From a virus: a stretch of 64,000 nt of DNA. The stretch spans positions 35,701 through 99,700 of the IMG/VR virus record IMGVR_UViG_3300048800_000035; one strand, given 5' to 3'. The translations under genes and the position numbers were made by a program. Shown one piece after another: positions 19,806 to 28,653 of the stretch; positions within the stretch are counted from its first letter, which is position 1; the number at the start of each line of letters is the position of its first letter. Below the pieces are notes generated by a model. It was not told the DNA's origin. It worked only from the letters and a program-made list of their open reading frames with translations, and did not search any database.

Positions 19806-20153
19806 TCATGGCACCCTCACTAGGGCAGTCCAAAACACTACGGGTGTGTTATTACTTGCGCCGCCGTCTCTCGTAAACGAAATCTGCGAGGCATTGGCTA
19901 TTGTCATCGGGGGCATATCGAATATGGACGCGGCACCAAAAAGGCGCAGTGACGTATCATTGGTAGCGCCTGCGGTTGGATTGATAGATATGCGTACATC
20001 CCCCCCGGACGACGACAGCATAAGCAGTACAACCTCACTAGCGCTAACCTGGCTCAAGGAACTAACGTTCCCAAACAGATTAGCCGTGCCAGCGTTGGTG
20101 TTGTTGGTACACCCGCCCGCTAAGAATTTGTAATTCACATCGCCATATGCCAT
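19806..20153 (-). CDS. small virion-like protein, paralogue A
   Basis: 115 aa, strongly similar to adjacent 112 aa ORF (GDVNYKFLAGG; PTAGATNDTSLRLF; LVRVP). Confidence 0.65.
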   Translation of the reverse strand: MAYGDVNYKFLAGGCTNNTNAGTANLFGNVSSLSQVSASEVVLLMLSSSGGDVRISINPTAGATNDTSLRLFGAASIFDMPPMTIANASQISFTRDGGASNNTPVVFWTALVRVP

Positions 20154-20165
20154 TTAATGTTTTCC

Positions 20166-20504
20166 CTATGGAACTCGTACCATTGCTAACCAGTTTATAA
20201 CCGGATTATTTGTTCCCTCGCGAGACATGGTAAGTTGGGAAGCGTTCGCTACCGTCATGGGCGGTAAGTCAAAGTTGCAAGTTGAGTTGAATAACCGCAG
20301 ACTGGTATCGTTAGTTGCACCCGCCGTTGGATTTAGCGAAATCCGCATGTCCCCACCGCTTGACGATATAACCAGAAGCAGAACCTCCCCGGCACTCACG
20401 TTGCTTAATCCGCCGAAGTTGCCGAATATATTGTGAGCACCCGCCGCCGAAGTTGCGGTTGATCCGCCTGCTAAGAATTTGTAATTTACATCGCCAGCGG
20501 TCAT
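20166..20504 (-). CDS. small virion-like protein, paralogue B
   Basis: 112 aa, tandem duplicate of 19806..20153. Confidence 0.65.
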   Translation of the reverse strand: MTAGDVNYKFLAGGSTATSAAGAHNIFGNFGGLSNVSAGEVLLLVISSSGGDMRISLNPTAGATNDTSLRLFNSTCNFDLPPMTVANASQLTMSREGTNNPVINWLAMVRVP

Positions 20505-20586
20505 TTAAATCTCCAAAATAAAAGGCGCGGGGCAGAGTTTTTGGCTCGAAACCCCGCGCCAGTGTGACGCTAGATACTGATACAAC

Positions 20587-21006
20587 TTACCCGATTGCAG
20601 AACCTTGCTGGAAGGCACGCCAAGCGCTTGAGGCGTTGTCCTGTCCAATATTTGTGAACAAGCCACTCATTGAGCCTTGGGCACGGATGTATAGACTTCC
20701 AGGCACCGCAGTGAAACTTGGCACGTCGAAGCCAGCATAGATGCCCACGAGTGAAGTACCCGTGCTGAACGAAAGCACGGTTGCTGATGGGCCAGCATCA
20801 ATGTTCAGCGAAGCGCCAGCGGCGAACTTGTCTAGCGTTCCAGAGACGTGCGTAATAGACCCGCCAGTAAGATTGATGCCGTTGAAGTTGGGGTTGACTA
20901 GAACTCCGCCCGCATCGAAGGTGATCGAACCGCCCGCGAAAACGTGGAATTCCGATCCGCCCTGTTCACGAACTACGAGAGTAGTATAAGAACCTGCACC
21001 AGCCAT
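20587..21006 (-). CDS. putative decoration/minor virion protein
   Basis: 139 aa beta-rich ORF immediately downstream of capsid gene. Confidence 0.5.
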   Translation of the reverse strand: MAGAGSYTTLVVREQGGSEFHVFAGGSITFDAGGVLVNPNFNGINLTGGSITHVSGTLDKFAAGASLNIDAGPSATVLSFSTGTSLVGIYAGFDVPSFTAVPGSLYIRAQGSMSGLFTNIGQDNASSAWRAFQQGSAIG

Positions 21007-21097
21007 GTTATTTTATCCTTATCAGCCGGAGGCGGTCGAAGCCCTCCCCGTCTGGTCTGAGTGGGGGGATTTTATTCCCCCCGATTCTGATTTTTAC

Positions 21098-21529
21098 TTA
21101 CCCGACAAGCACGTCGGCTTGCGTTGTGACCAACGAATTTTGGGTTCCGATAGGCTCATACGGGCCTTTCATTCCCAGCAGGAAACCAACTGGCGCAACC
21201 GATCCGCCAGCGCCGTTATTAACCACTACGCGGTGCCAGGTGGCACTCGTGTTGACCAGGAAGTTCCGAACCACCGTAGACCCCATCGAGCCACCCGAGA
21301 TAGCCGAGGTGGTAAACCCGAACGGATTATAAGTACCGTTGGAGGTAGACGAACGCACAACCTTGAAGATCGTGCCAGTGACCCCGCCACCGTTAGAGGT
21401 GGTCGTGGCAATCAGCATAGCCCCGTAAAAACCGGCCAGATTGACGGCATTGAACGAGGTGGTTGCGGCGATGTTCAAGCCAGAACCAAAGGGCACCACA
21501 AGGATATTTGAACCATTAGGAATACGCAT
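21098..21529 (-). CDS. putative decoration/minor virion protein
   Basis: 143 aa ORF immediately downstream of capsid gene. Confidence 0.5.
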   Translation of the reverse strand: MRIPNGSNILVVPFGSGLNIAATTSFNAVNLAGFYGAMLIATTTSNGGGVTGTIFKVVRSSTSNGTYNPFGFTTSAISGGSMGSTVVRNFLVNTSATWHRVVVNNGAGGSVAPVGFLLGMKGPYEPIGTQNSLVTTQADVLVG

Positions 21530-21653
21530 TTTGTTTCTTCTCCATTCTAGTTAGCCAGAGTATTGTTTTCGTGGCCCCTGACCGCTCGACCACTTTCTGC
21601 TTACTAGGGGGAGGTTTTTACGCCTCCCCCTTTGTTACTCTAATCCGTTAGAA

Positions 21654-23153
21654 TTAGGTTGAAATCTTCGTGCTCGAAAATTTCCACGGCTCAGCCACTG
21701 CGCCACCCAACCGACGACGGGCAAACAGGGCCACCCTGTTTTGTCCAACCAAAGTAGCGTCGGTGATGCGCTCAACCGTCATTCCAACACGGTCGGCGAT
21801 CATGTAACCGCTAAAGTCACCGAACAGAACAGGGAAGGCATTGGCAGCGATGGTCGGCAGTTGCTCCGACTCCGCCACTGGATACCCCAGCAGGGTAGCG
21901 GGTTGACCGGCCTGGATCGAATCTTGCCACAGATAGCGTCCGTTGCCGTCCTTCAACTTGCGAGCGTCGCGCTGGGACGTGCGGTTCATCGCCCACTGAG
22001 CCTTACCGCGATACTGCGAAGCCACGGAATAGGCAGTGTCATACAGACCGTCTGCGGTAAGCGCAGTAGCGTTTCCGGAAACAGACTGGGCAATACCCAA
22101 GATCGGGTTCAGTTCAGCACCAGTACGCGCTCCCAACAGACCGGAAGGCATTCCGCCGCCAGTACCAGTCAAGAACTGGTTGTCCTCGTCAATCGCCATT
22201 GCCTCGCTGAACAAACCGGCGAGAATGTCGAGCATGTTGAACGCGGCATCTTCCAACAGGTTGCGGCTCATGTCGGTACGAGCCAAGACCGTGTAGATCG
22301 GGATGCGAAGAATTCCGTAGGTCTGATTGGTCGCAGCGGCAGTAGCGGAGGTCGGCAGTTCCTCAACCCACGTTACGCGCACGGCACTCGTGTAGTAAGT
22401 GTTTCCACCTTCCATCCGGGGCCACTCAACCACGTCGCGGGTAGTCGTAACCACGCGAGCGGCCTTGCGAACCACGGTGTTTCCCATCAAACGCTTGATA
22501 ATCTCAGCGCGATAGTCCTCGGGAACCAAGTGGCCACCGATGTCGAGACTTCCTTCCATCAGGGTTGCCTTGATCTCGCTCACGGTCCGGCCAGTCGAAA
22601 TTTCCGACTTGAGGACTTCGGGGCGCAGAAGCAGGTTCTTGGCGGGAAAGTGCGCGTCGATGCGATTGATTTCCTGAGCAGTCATCCGACTCTCACCGAA
22701 ACGGATGTACTTCGTGAACGAATCCATCTGCTCGGCGCGGGCCTGATTGTAGCCATTGAACGACCCGTACAGGTCGGCAATCACACCCTTCACGGCGCTG
22801 TCAATCTCTCCAAAGCGGAGAACGTAGGCAGACGACAAATCCGACTTGGCCTCAGGAACGGGAGTAGGTTCGCCCAATCCTTCCAAGCGGGTCGGCTCCT
22901 TCAACTTAGCCTCGGCCACTTTCAGGTCAGCCGCCGTCTTGGCGTTCTTGGCATCGGCTTCCTCGGCCACGGTCTTTTCACGCGACGCAATCAGGCTCTT
23001 AAGGGTAGCGATTTCCGCATCCTTGCCAGTCGCTTCCGCGATCTTGTCATTGGCTTCTTTGATCTTGCCCTCGGCCACAAACTTCTCCGCCTCGTCCAAA
23101 TACGCCTTGACGGTTTTCTTGAGGGCTTCCAACTGCTCTTTCAACTTGTCCAT
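21654..23153 (-). CDS. major capsid protein, HK97 fold
   Basis: N-terminal coiled coil/scaffold-like region, then GGHLVPEDYRAEIIKRL...ARTDMSRNLLEDAAFNMLDIL...DNQFLTGTGGGMPSGLL typical of HK97-type capsids; follows prohead protease. Confidence 0.88.
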   Translation of the reverse strand: MDKLKEQLEALKKTVKAYLDEAEKFVAEGKIKEANDKIAEATGKDAEIATLKSLIASREKTVAEEADAKNAKTAADLKVAEAKLKEPTRLEGLGEPTPVPEAKSDLSSAYVLRFGEIDSAVKGVIADLYGSFNGYNQARAEQMDSFTKYIRFGESRMTAQEINRIDAHFPAKNLLLRPEVLKSEISTGRTVSEIKATLMEGSLDIGGHLVPEDYRAEIIKRLMGNTVVRKAARVVTTTRDVVEWPRMEGGNTYYTSAVRVTWVEELPTSATAAATNQTYGILRIPIYTVLARTDMSRNLLEDAAFNMLDILAGLFSEAMAIDEDNQFLTGTGGGMPSGLLGARTGAELNPILGIAQSVSGNATALTADGLYDTAYSVASQYRGKAQWAMNRTSQRDARKLKDGNGRYLWQDSIQAGQPATLLGYPVAESEQLPTIAANAFPVLFGDFSGYMIADRVGMTVERITDATLVGQNRVALFARRRLGGAVAEPWKFSSTKIST

Positions 23154-23167
23154 TTTGATAGCTCCTA

Positions 23168-24247
23168 TTAAAGATTTTCTAACCGCAAGCGTTGGATCGA
23201 GAGAAGGGCGCGTGCTTTCTCAGCACCTTGCGTTTTATCTTCCGAATACCGCTTGAGAAATTCACCGAAATCGCTTCCGATCTCGTCATACGCTGATTTC
23301 AATACTTCAATGGCTGGCATACGGTGTTCCGCAGGAGCGGGGGTTGCTGTAATTTCTACAATCGGCCAACGTTCAATGTGTCCTGATTTAGAATTGACCC
23401 TGCGTGCAACCGCGAAGGTTTGCGAACTAGTCTTGAGTCGCTTGTCGTCAAACATCTGCTTGATAGCCGTGTCGTATTCGTCAGCCATCTTCAACTGCGC
23501 TTCGTACCAAAGGCCAATCGAGTCGGGGGTTAGTGTGTCAACTACACCAATAACCTTAGTCTTGACTTCTTCATCCAAGCCGTGATGGTAAATAAATGGC
23601 AGTCGCCCAACGGCGTCAAATACGGCGGTAAGTTCCTCGGTGGACTTGTCGAAATATTCCTCGGTCAAGTCGCGACGATCTTCCGTTCCCCACAGGACGG
23701 CGTAAGAACCAACCCGATTGCCGGGCAAGCTCTTGATTGCCATGTACTCGGCGGCTGGTTTAGGTTCCGGCTTGACGACATTGACGTTTTTCTTGTCATC
23801 CGACTCGTCGTCGTTCCCGACTTCATCCTGCAACTCTGTTGCAAATTCGTCGGCCAAACTGGTAATAGCCCCCGCCTTGTCTTTAACGTCGGAACTTCCC
23901 AAAATGTTGTTCACGATCTGGTTGTACATCGTTCCTAAAGATTGAATCTCTTGGGCATCTTCCTGCGCGTCTTGTGCCGCCAGAGCGTCTTTCAAAGTCG
24001 TAACACCGAAGGGAACGTAACTGTAGGCGTAGTCGTCATAGCATTTGAGCGACTTTATACTTTCCGCCGTAACGGTAGAGTCCTGGGCCATAATGTATTT
24101 CTCTGCATCTGAACGTGCGTCAACCGAAATCAACGGCGTGCCGGTTGGCTTACCATCGGAGTCGGTATTGAGAACTAGATATTTATTTGTTTTGCTCTTT
24201 GCCAGCGACAGACTCATATTTGTGTCCAGAAACGAAAAATCCCCCAC
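23168..24247 (-). CDS. HK97-family prohead protease
   Basis: VGSYAVLWGTEDRRDLTEEYFD...LPFIYHHGLDE...SSQTFAVARRV...ERWPIVEITATPAPAEHR; adjacent to capsid gene. The long N-terminal extension is unassigned. Confidence 0.8.
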   Translation of the reverse strand: MGDFSFLDTNMSLSLAKSKTNKYLVLNTDSDGKPTGTPLISVDARSDAEKYIMAQDSTVTAESIKSLKCYDDYAYSYVPFGVTTLKDALAAQDAQEDAQEIQSLGTMYNQIVNNILGSSDVKDKAGAITSLADEFATELQDEVGNDDESDDKKNVNVVKPEPKPAAEYMAIKSLPGNRVGSYAVLWGTEDRRDLTEEYFDKSTEELTAVFDAVGRLPFIYHHGLDEEVKTKVIGVVDTLTPDSIGLWYEAQLKMADEYDTAIKQMFDDKRLKTSSQTFAVARRVNSKSGHIERWPIVEITATPAPAEHRMPAIEVLKSAYDEIGSDFGEFLKRYSEDKTQGAEKARALLSIQRLRLENL

Positions 24248-24307
24248 CCAAGCGATGCTCGGTTGAGGGACAGACCCTAGGGCTGTACAGTTTATTAGAT
24301 TACGGCT

Positions 24308-24337
24308 ATTCTAACACAACATAATGTTTCCTGTCAA
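24308..24337 (-). promoter_or_regulatory. sigma70-like promoter for protease/capsid operon
   Basis: Minus strand TTGACA (24337..24332), 18 bp spacer, TAGAAT (24313..24308), about 60 bp upstream of the protease ORF. Confidence 0.6.
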
Positions 24338-24360
24338 GTTATGTCAATGCAAATTTACAA

Positions 24361-24831
24361 TTACCGCAGAACGTCTCCGCCCTGCATCTTGTATTCCTCC
24401 ACCATTTCTTCCCAAGTCCAACTTTTCTTGGGGTGTTCGGCGCGACAAACAAGAAACATGGCTGGTAAAACTTTCTTTTCTTCCTGAATAACCAGCACAT
24501 CTTTCCCGCCCTGTGCAATCTCAAACATCTGCCACACAAGGCGCATGGGGTCGTCATTTGAAGTAACAGTCGGAAGTTCGCCATAGCGATTCAAGCTCCG
24601 CCACATTTCCCATGAAAACGCAATATCTTCAAGGTGTTGGTCGCCCTTCCAAAATGAGAATGTAATTGAGTCTCGGCTGTAGTCCCGCAGGGGCCAGATG
24701 ATGTATCCATTGTAGGCAAATGGATCGTTCCGTTCTGGTGTAACCAGAGGTTCTTTAGTGTGCGACCTTGCTCCACAACCGAGGCACTTGTTATCCTTGA
24801 AAACGTCTTGCCCGCAGTAGTTACAGTTCAC
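24361..24831 (-). CDS. zinc-ribbon protein, unknown function
   Basis: MNCNYCGQDVFKDNKCLGCGARS N-terminus. Confidence 0.55.
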   Translation of the reverse strand: MNCNYCGQDVFKDNKCLGCGARSHTKEPLVTPERNDPFAYNGYIIWPLRDYSRDSITFSFWKGDQHLEDIAFSWEMWRSLNRYGELPTVTSNDDPMRLVWQMFEIAQGGKDVLVIQEEKKVLPAMFLVCRAEHPKKSWTWEEMVEEYKMQGGDVLR

Positions 24832-25071
24832 CTACTTTGGCCTCCAAACCGTTGTTGTCTTTCCACCATTACCAATAATCGACTCAACTGTCACAATGCC
24901 CTTATTGGTCAGCGCATCCAAATAGCGCCGCGATTTTGTCTTTCCCCATCCAAATTCTTTCGCCACTTTGTTCATAGTCAGGTCGTTCTCCTGAATCTCG
25001 TCGGCTTTTTGTATCTCGCGGATTTGCTCAAAAAGGTCTTGTAGGGTAGGGGGCTTTGTTGATTTTTTCAT
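24832..25071 (-). CDS. winged-helix/HTH-like protein
   Basis: TMNKVAKEFGWGKTKSRRYLDALTNKGIVTVE helix-turn-helix-like pattern; internal Met start chosen near the 3' end of the phosphoesterase gene. Confidence 0.5.
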   Translation of the reverse strand: MKKSTKPPTLQDLFEQIREIQKADEIQENDLTMNKVAKEFGWGKTKSRRYLDALTNKGIVTVESIIGNGGKTTTVWRPK

Positions 25072-25928
25072 GCGACTGTCACCGTATCGTTTTGCGAAAC
25101 AGATAGGCACTTGAACTCAATATCACTTACTGCACCGTTGTCGATTGAAATAAGAATGCCGCCAATATCCGCCACGTTCTCAAACGAAGCAACCTGGAAT
25201 GCATAACTTGTCATCCACTGCCATGCTGGACTAACTATCATCTCTGTCTTGTGTCCATATTCCCTGAGCGTTTCGTGTAACTTTTTGTGGTAGTGGGAGC
25301 GAACAATAACGTCGGGCGGTTTCTGGTGGAGTACCAGTGCATCGAGAATTATGGTTCTAGCATAACTTCTCGCACCGTTGCCCTTGGTCCACATACGGCT
25401 ACCTGCATTTGGGCCTTGATGGGAAATGTCCAGCAATACACCGCCAGCATTTAGGCTCAGATGGTAAGTGCTGAGTGGGCCTATTTTTCTGCCATCTGGC
25501 CGTGTTGCCTTACACCGTTTCGCAACAGCCTCGTCAGCAGCACCAGATTCCCCAACGTGTGCCGGTGTTCCCCTGGTAAATAAGCGCACATCCGCCTTGT
25601 GGATTGCCTCATCCAAAACAGTCGCGGCTACATCAATTTGGTCACTAGGTTGATTTGACCAGATTTGGTTTGTGCCATGATGAGAGCCATCAATGGTTTC
25701 AGCATTACAAACAACAATTGTGCGCCGATTCTCTTTCTCGGCCTTCTTCCACACATAGGGCCAAAAGGTTTTCTTCCAATAGGCATAGGAGAGTTTTTGG
25801 AGTTCGTTGGGGAGATACTTTCCACCGTCATCGAGGTAGACAACTGGCGGACACAATCCGAGGGTACTGCCTACGTGTAAATCTGAGATAATAACAACCT
25901 GGGTCGATTGTTTTTTACTCATCGGCAC
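25068..25928 (-). CDS. calcineurin-like metallophosphoesterase
   Basis: IISDLHVGS, TRGTPAHVG and RSHYHKKLHE correspond to DxH, GNHE-like and GHxH-like motifs. Confidence 0.7.
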   Translation of the reverse strand: MPMSKKQSTQVVIISDLHVGSTLGLCPPVVYLDDGGKYLPNELQKLSYAYWKKTFWPYVWKKAEKENRRTIVVCNAETIDGSHHGTNQIWSNQPSDQIDVAATVLDEAIHKADVRLFTRGTPAHVGESGAADEAVAKRCKATRPDGRKIGPLSTYHLSLNAGGVLLDISHQGPNAGSRMWTKGNGARSYARTIILDALVLHQKPPDVIVRSHYHKKLHETLREYGHKTEMIVSPAWQWMTSYAFQVASFENVADIGGILISIDNGAVSDIEFKCLSVSQNDTVTVA

Positions 25929-26172
25929 GTTTTAGGCCGAGTTGGTAGAGAGGCATTACCGTCTTGTGATATTGGTTTCCGTGACGATGAACCACGACGA
26001 CACACTCTCCCACTATGGAGAAACTTTCCCTAGCACACTCGGCGCACCTAATCTCGCTCGTTGCCGTTGCTACCAGTCGGGCATGTCCAGCGTGTGCAAA
26101 AAGTCCCTCAACAAGGCTCGTTGGTCCAAATGTTTCGTAGGCATTGCTTACCACACTTGCCGAAGTCAGCAT
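25915..26172 (-). CDS. hypothetical protein
   Basis: 85 aa ORF overlapping the start of the phosphoesterase gene; CAEC motif. Confidence 0.4.
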   Translation of the reverse strand: MLTSASVVSNAYETFGPTSLVEGLFAHAGHARLVATATSEIRCAECARESFSIVGECVVVVHRHGNQYHKTVMPLYQLGLKRADE

Positions 26173-26264
26173 TTTATTCCCCTACAATAGTCGTACACGA
26201 TTGCCGCAGTGTACCAAATCATCTGCGGATTGACAAGACCGAATATTGGTTAGCATCTTACTCC

Positions 26265-26939
26265 CTAATCTATTCTCGGCGGAACCTGTGTCGAGTAAGA
26301 AGTCAGCGGTTTTACAATACCAGTCTTTAGAACAAGGCGCAAGAATATAACGGTCTGTTGCGTCAGATCGTAATTCAACGGCGCAACGGTTGTGAAGTCT
26401 TGGTTACTATGTCCACTCAAGCCAGTTCCGCCAGCACGCCGTTCCGATGAATCACCCAAAGACGCCATCGCCGCCATAGCCACATTATCGTTTTGTGAAC
26501 CAAAATTAGCCCGATAAGTTGCATTGGAATCTGCCATATAGGTGTAGGTTGGAGTATAAGTCCACGGAGTTTTTTGTTGAGAAACATATACTGGCGAAAG
26601 CGGTTTTACATATAACTCTGGCGTAAATGTTACTTTGACCAACCCCAAGTTTGGGTCAGATTCATTCAACTGAGCTTGTTTGGCCTCGCTAGTTCCAACC
26701 TTGTAAAACGTGAACTTGCTCTTGTCGCCAGCGGGACGCTCAAGGGTAACAGAAGAATAAGCATAAATACGAAATGTCCCAACATCCTTGCTGTCAATCT
26801 CAACCCTTGCATCACACGCAGTCATCCGGCTATTGCGAAGAACCAAGCGATATTGTTGACCATGCTCCAATTCAACATATCCACCCGCCGTCTCGTTTCC
26901 TTCTGCAACCCTCAATGAGTAGTTATTCAACCATGCCAT
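26265..26939 (-). CDS. hypothetical virion-associated protein
   Basis: ORF begins MAWLNNYSLRVAEGNETAGGYVELEHGQQY; collinear with structural block. Confidence 0.55.
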   Translation of the reverse strand: MAWLNNYSLRVAEGNETAGGYVELEHGQQYRLVLRNSRMTACDARVEIDSKDVGTFRIYAYSSVTLERPAGDKSKFTFYKVGTSEAKQAQLNESDPNLGLVKVTFTPELYVKPLSPVYVSQQKTPWTYTPTYTYMADSNATYRANFGSQNDNVAMAAMASLGDSSERRAGGTGLSGHSNQDFTTVAPLNYDLTQQTVIFLRLVLKTGIVKPLTSYSTQVPPRID

Positions 26940-26997
26940 TTCAAATCTCCTCTGCTTCGTTTTAGAAGCGTCAAGGTAAAGCACACCCTATTGTGTG

Positions 26998-27528
26998 CTA
27001 AATATCCTGTTGGTCGAAGTATTGCCAACCGCCAATCAGTGTCCAATGGTAGACTAATATTCTTACTTTCGTGTTGTCGGTCATATTCACCGTTCGGAAG
27101 TAGAGATAGTCTTTGTATTGAGCGTCCCCTACAAAAGTCCACGCGGTTCCCGTCTTAGCCTTAACATCTGAAACAACTGGATCAACCGCTGCTTGCGTGG
27201 GGGTATCGGTAATAATGGTTTGTTCCCAGTTCGGCGCCCCATCGGAAAAGACGGACTTGTTCGCCGGAACAGACAGAGTTGGGAAGTGGGGTGTTGCCCA
27301 GATACCGGCAAAGATCAACAGGGCTAGAGCCAGAAGTACGCCAGTGACGTACAGATAGGGCTTGCGCGATGACTTGTTGACTTCTGTTCCAGACAGGTAG
27401 GCTTGGTCAATGCCATCTTTTACGGCGGCGAAAACAACCTCATCGCGTTCAACTGTGAGTATCATGCCATCCAAGCCTTTTTGAATGGTCTTTCTTGTCA
27501 ATCCCGAAAAGTCTGGAAGTTCTATCAC
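26998..27528 (-). CDS. membrane-anchored hypothetical protein
   Basis: 176 aa with TM segment YLYVTGVLLALALLIFAGIW. Confidence 0.5.
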   Translation of the reverse strand: MIELPDFSGLTRKTIQKGLDGMILTVERDEVVFAAVKDGIDQAYLSGTEVNKSSRKPYLYVTGVLLALALLIFAGIWATPHFPTLSVPANKSVFSDGAPNWEQTIITDTPTQAAVDPVVSDVKAKTGTAWTFVGDAQYKDYLYFRTVNMTDNTKVRILVYHWTLIGGWQYFDQQDI

Positions 27529-27740
27529 TGGCCTTGCTTTTGTCCCATAGCGAGAATGTTCTGCAAGATTGAGCGGTACTGCGTTTGGAGGCCGGCTAGG
27601 GTTGGCATGTCGGGCGCATCCATCTTCGGGAGTTTCCGAGAAGTCAAATCTAAGTAACGCTTCATGTCATTAGTACTTAGGGGTTCGCCGTTCTTGTACT
27701 TAATCAGAACGGCAGTCATCAGGAAATCTTCTTCGTTCAT
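27525..27740 (-). CDS. hypothetical protein
   Basis: 71 aa ORF with 4-bp overlaps to both neighbours. Confidence 0.5.
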   Translation of the reverse strand: MNEEDFLMTAVLIKYKNGEPLSTNDMKRYLDLTSRKLPKMDAPDMPTLAGLQTQYRSILQNILAMGQKQGQ

Positions 27741-27919
27741 TGTTGTTTATGTTCCTCTTTAGCAATCCATAATTCGGATGGAATTACAACAAATCCGCAC
27801 TTGTACACAGTTCCGACAAAAACATTATTCCCGTGATAATTCCTTTCAATTTCAGCGCCACATTCGGGGCAATGCAAAGGCATCTTTTTGTATCCACTGA
27901 TAGAGTTGGATTCTCCCAC
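27737..27919 (-). CDS. small zinc-ribbon protein
   Basis: LHCPECGAEIERNYHGNNVFVGTVYKCG. Confidence 0.5.
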   Translation of the reverse strand: MGESNSISGYKKMPLHCPECGAEIERNYHGNNVFVGTVYKCGFVVIPSELWIAKEEHKQQ

Positions 27920-28407
27920 TAAATGCCTCCATTGAGAAATGCAACTAGCAATTGTGCTGCCACGTCAAAATACTCTTGCACTTTGTCTTTCACATCGTCT
28001 CGAATCGTTGTGACTGTTCGCCATCCGATAGCCTCCAGAATCATGGCTTGTCTAGTTCGCCCTTGAACATACTTCGCGTAGGACACAGGATTATAGACAG
28101 TTCCAACAACGCCGTCATTCTCTAACGATAGTTCCTCTTTCCAGTTCTGGCCCAGTTGTTGCGATTCGCCCATATTGCGATTAGAGAGTTGCGTTCCTAC
28201 CCCCCGGACGTAGTAGGGCGCGGGCGGTTGGTTAGCATCTGTCTCGGCGGGATATTCAGCGGCATCTTGGGCTACATAGTCCAAAGCGTTCCCCATCGCG
28301 TCAACTAGCAGTTGAGTGCCAACCTGATCGGCAGCCTGATAGCGAACAAGCAGTTCGTCAATTCCTTCGATTTGCATGCTGACTGGGCCATCGTCTGCCA
28401 TTTGCAA
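27919..28407 (-). CDS. HK97 gp10-like / tail completion protein
   Basis: VDAMGNALDYVAQDAAEYPAE...NPVSYAKYVQGRTRQAMI...VKDKVQEYFD pattern typical of HK97 gp10-like proteins. Confidence 0.55.
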   Translation of the reverse strand: MQMADDGPVSMQIEGIDELLVRYQAADQVGTQLLVDAMGNALDYVAQDAAEYPAETDANQPPAPYYVRGVGTQLSNRNMGESQQLGQNWKEELSLENDGVVGTVYNPVSYAKYVQGRTRQAMILEAIGWRTVTTIRDDVKDKVQEYFDVAAQLLVAFLNGGI

Positions 28408-28446
28408 GCCTATTCTATGGACAAATTACAATATGTCAAGTAAGCG

Positions 28447-28653
28447 TCACAATAAGCGCAGTGCTACCAATTCGTCGTCTTGGGCTATGATTCGTTTCAA
28501 TCTGAGATCATCAGCCATGCTAAAACTACCTTGGTATATATCTGGATACAGAGCGGTATCCCCGTAGGTTGTTGCAACCGAAACTGAACTTCCACCACTT
28601 CCGGGGAAATAGTCGCTAGGAAAGTAATCTGGCGTAAAGAATGGGCCAAACAC
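28447..28653 (-). CDS. hypothetical protein
   Basis: 68 aa ORF, stop/start contact with 28653..30974. Confidence 0.4.
   Translation of the reverse strand: MFGPFFTPDYFPSDYFPGSGGSSVSVATTYGDTALYPDIYQGSFSMADDLRLKRIIAQDDELVALRLL

Noticed and set aside
21741-23171. 476-aa + strand ORF antisense to the capsid gene
   Set aside because: The minus strand has clear HK97 capsid signatures in the same interval; the + strand frame is open because of codon bias.
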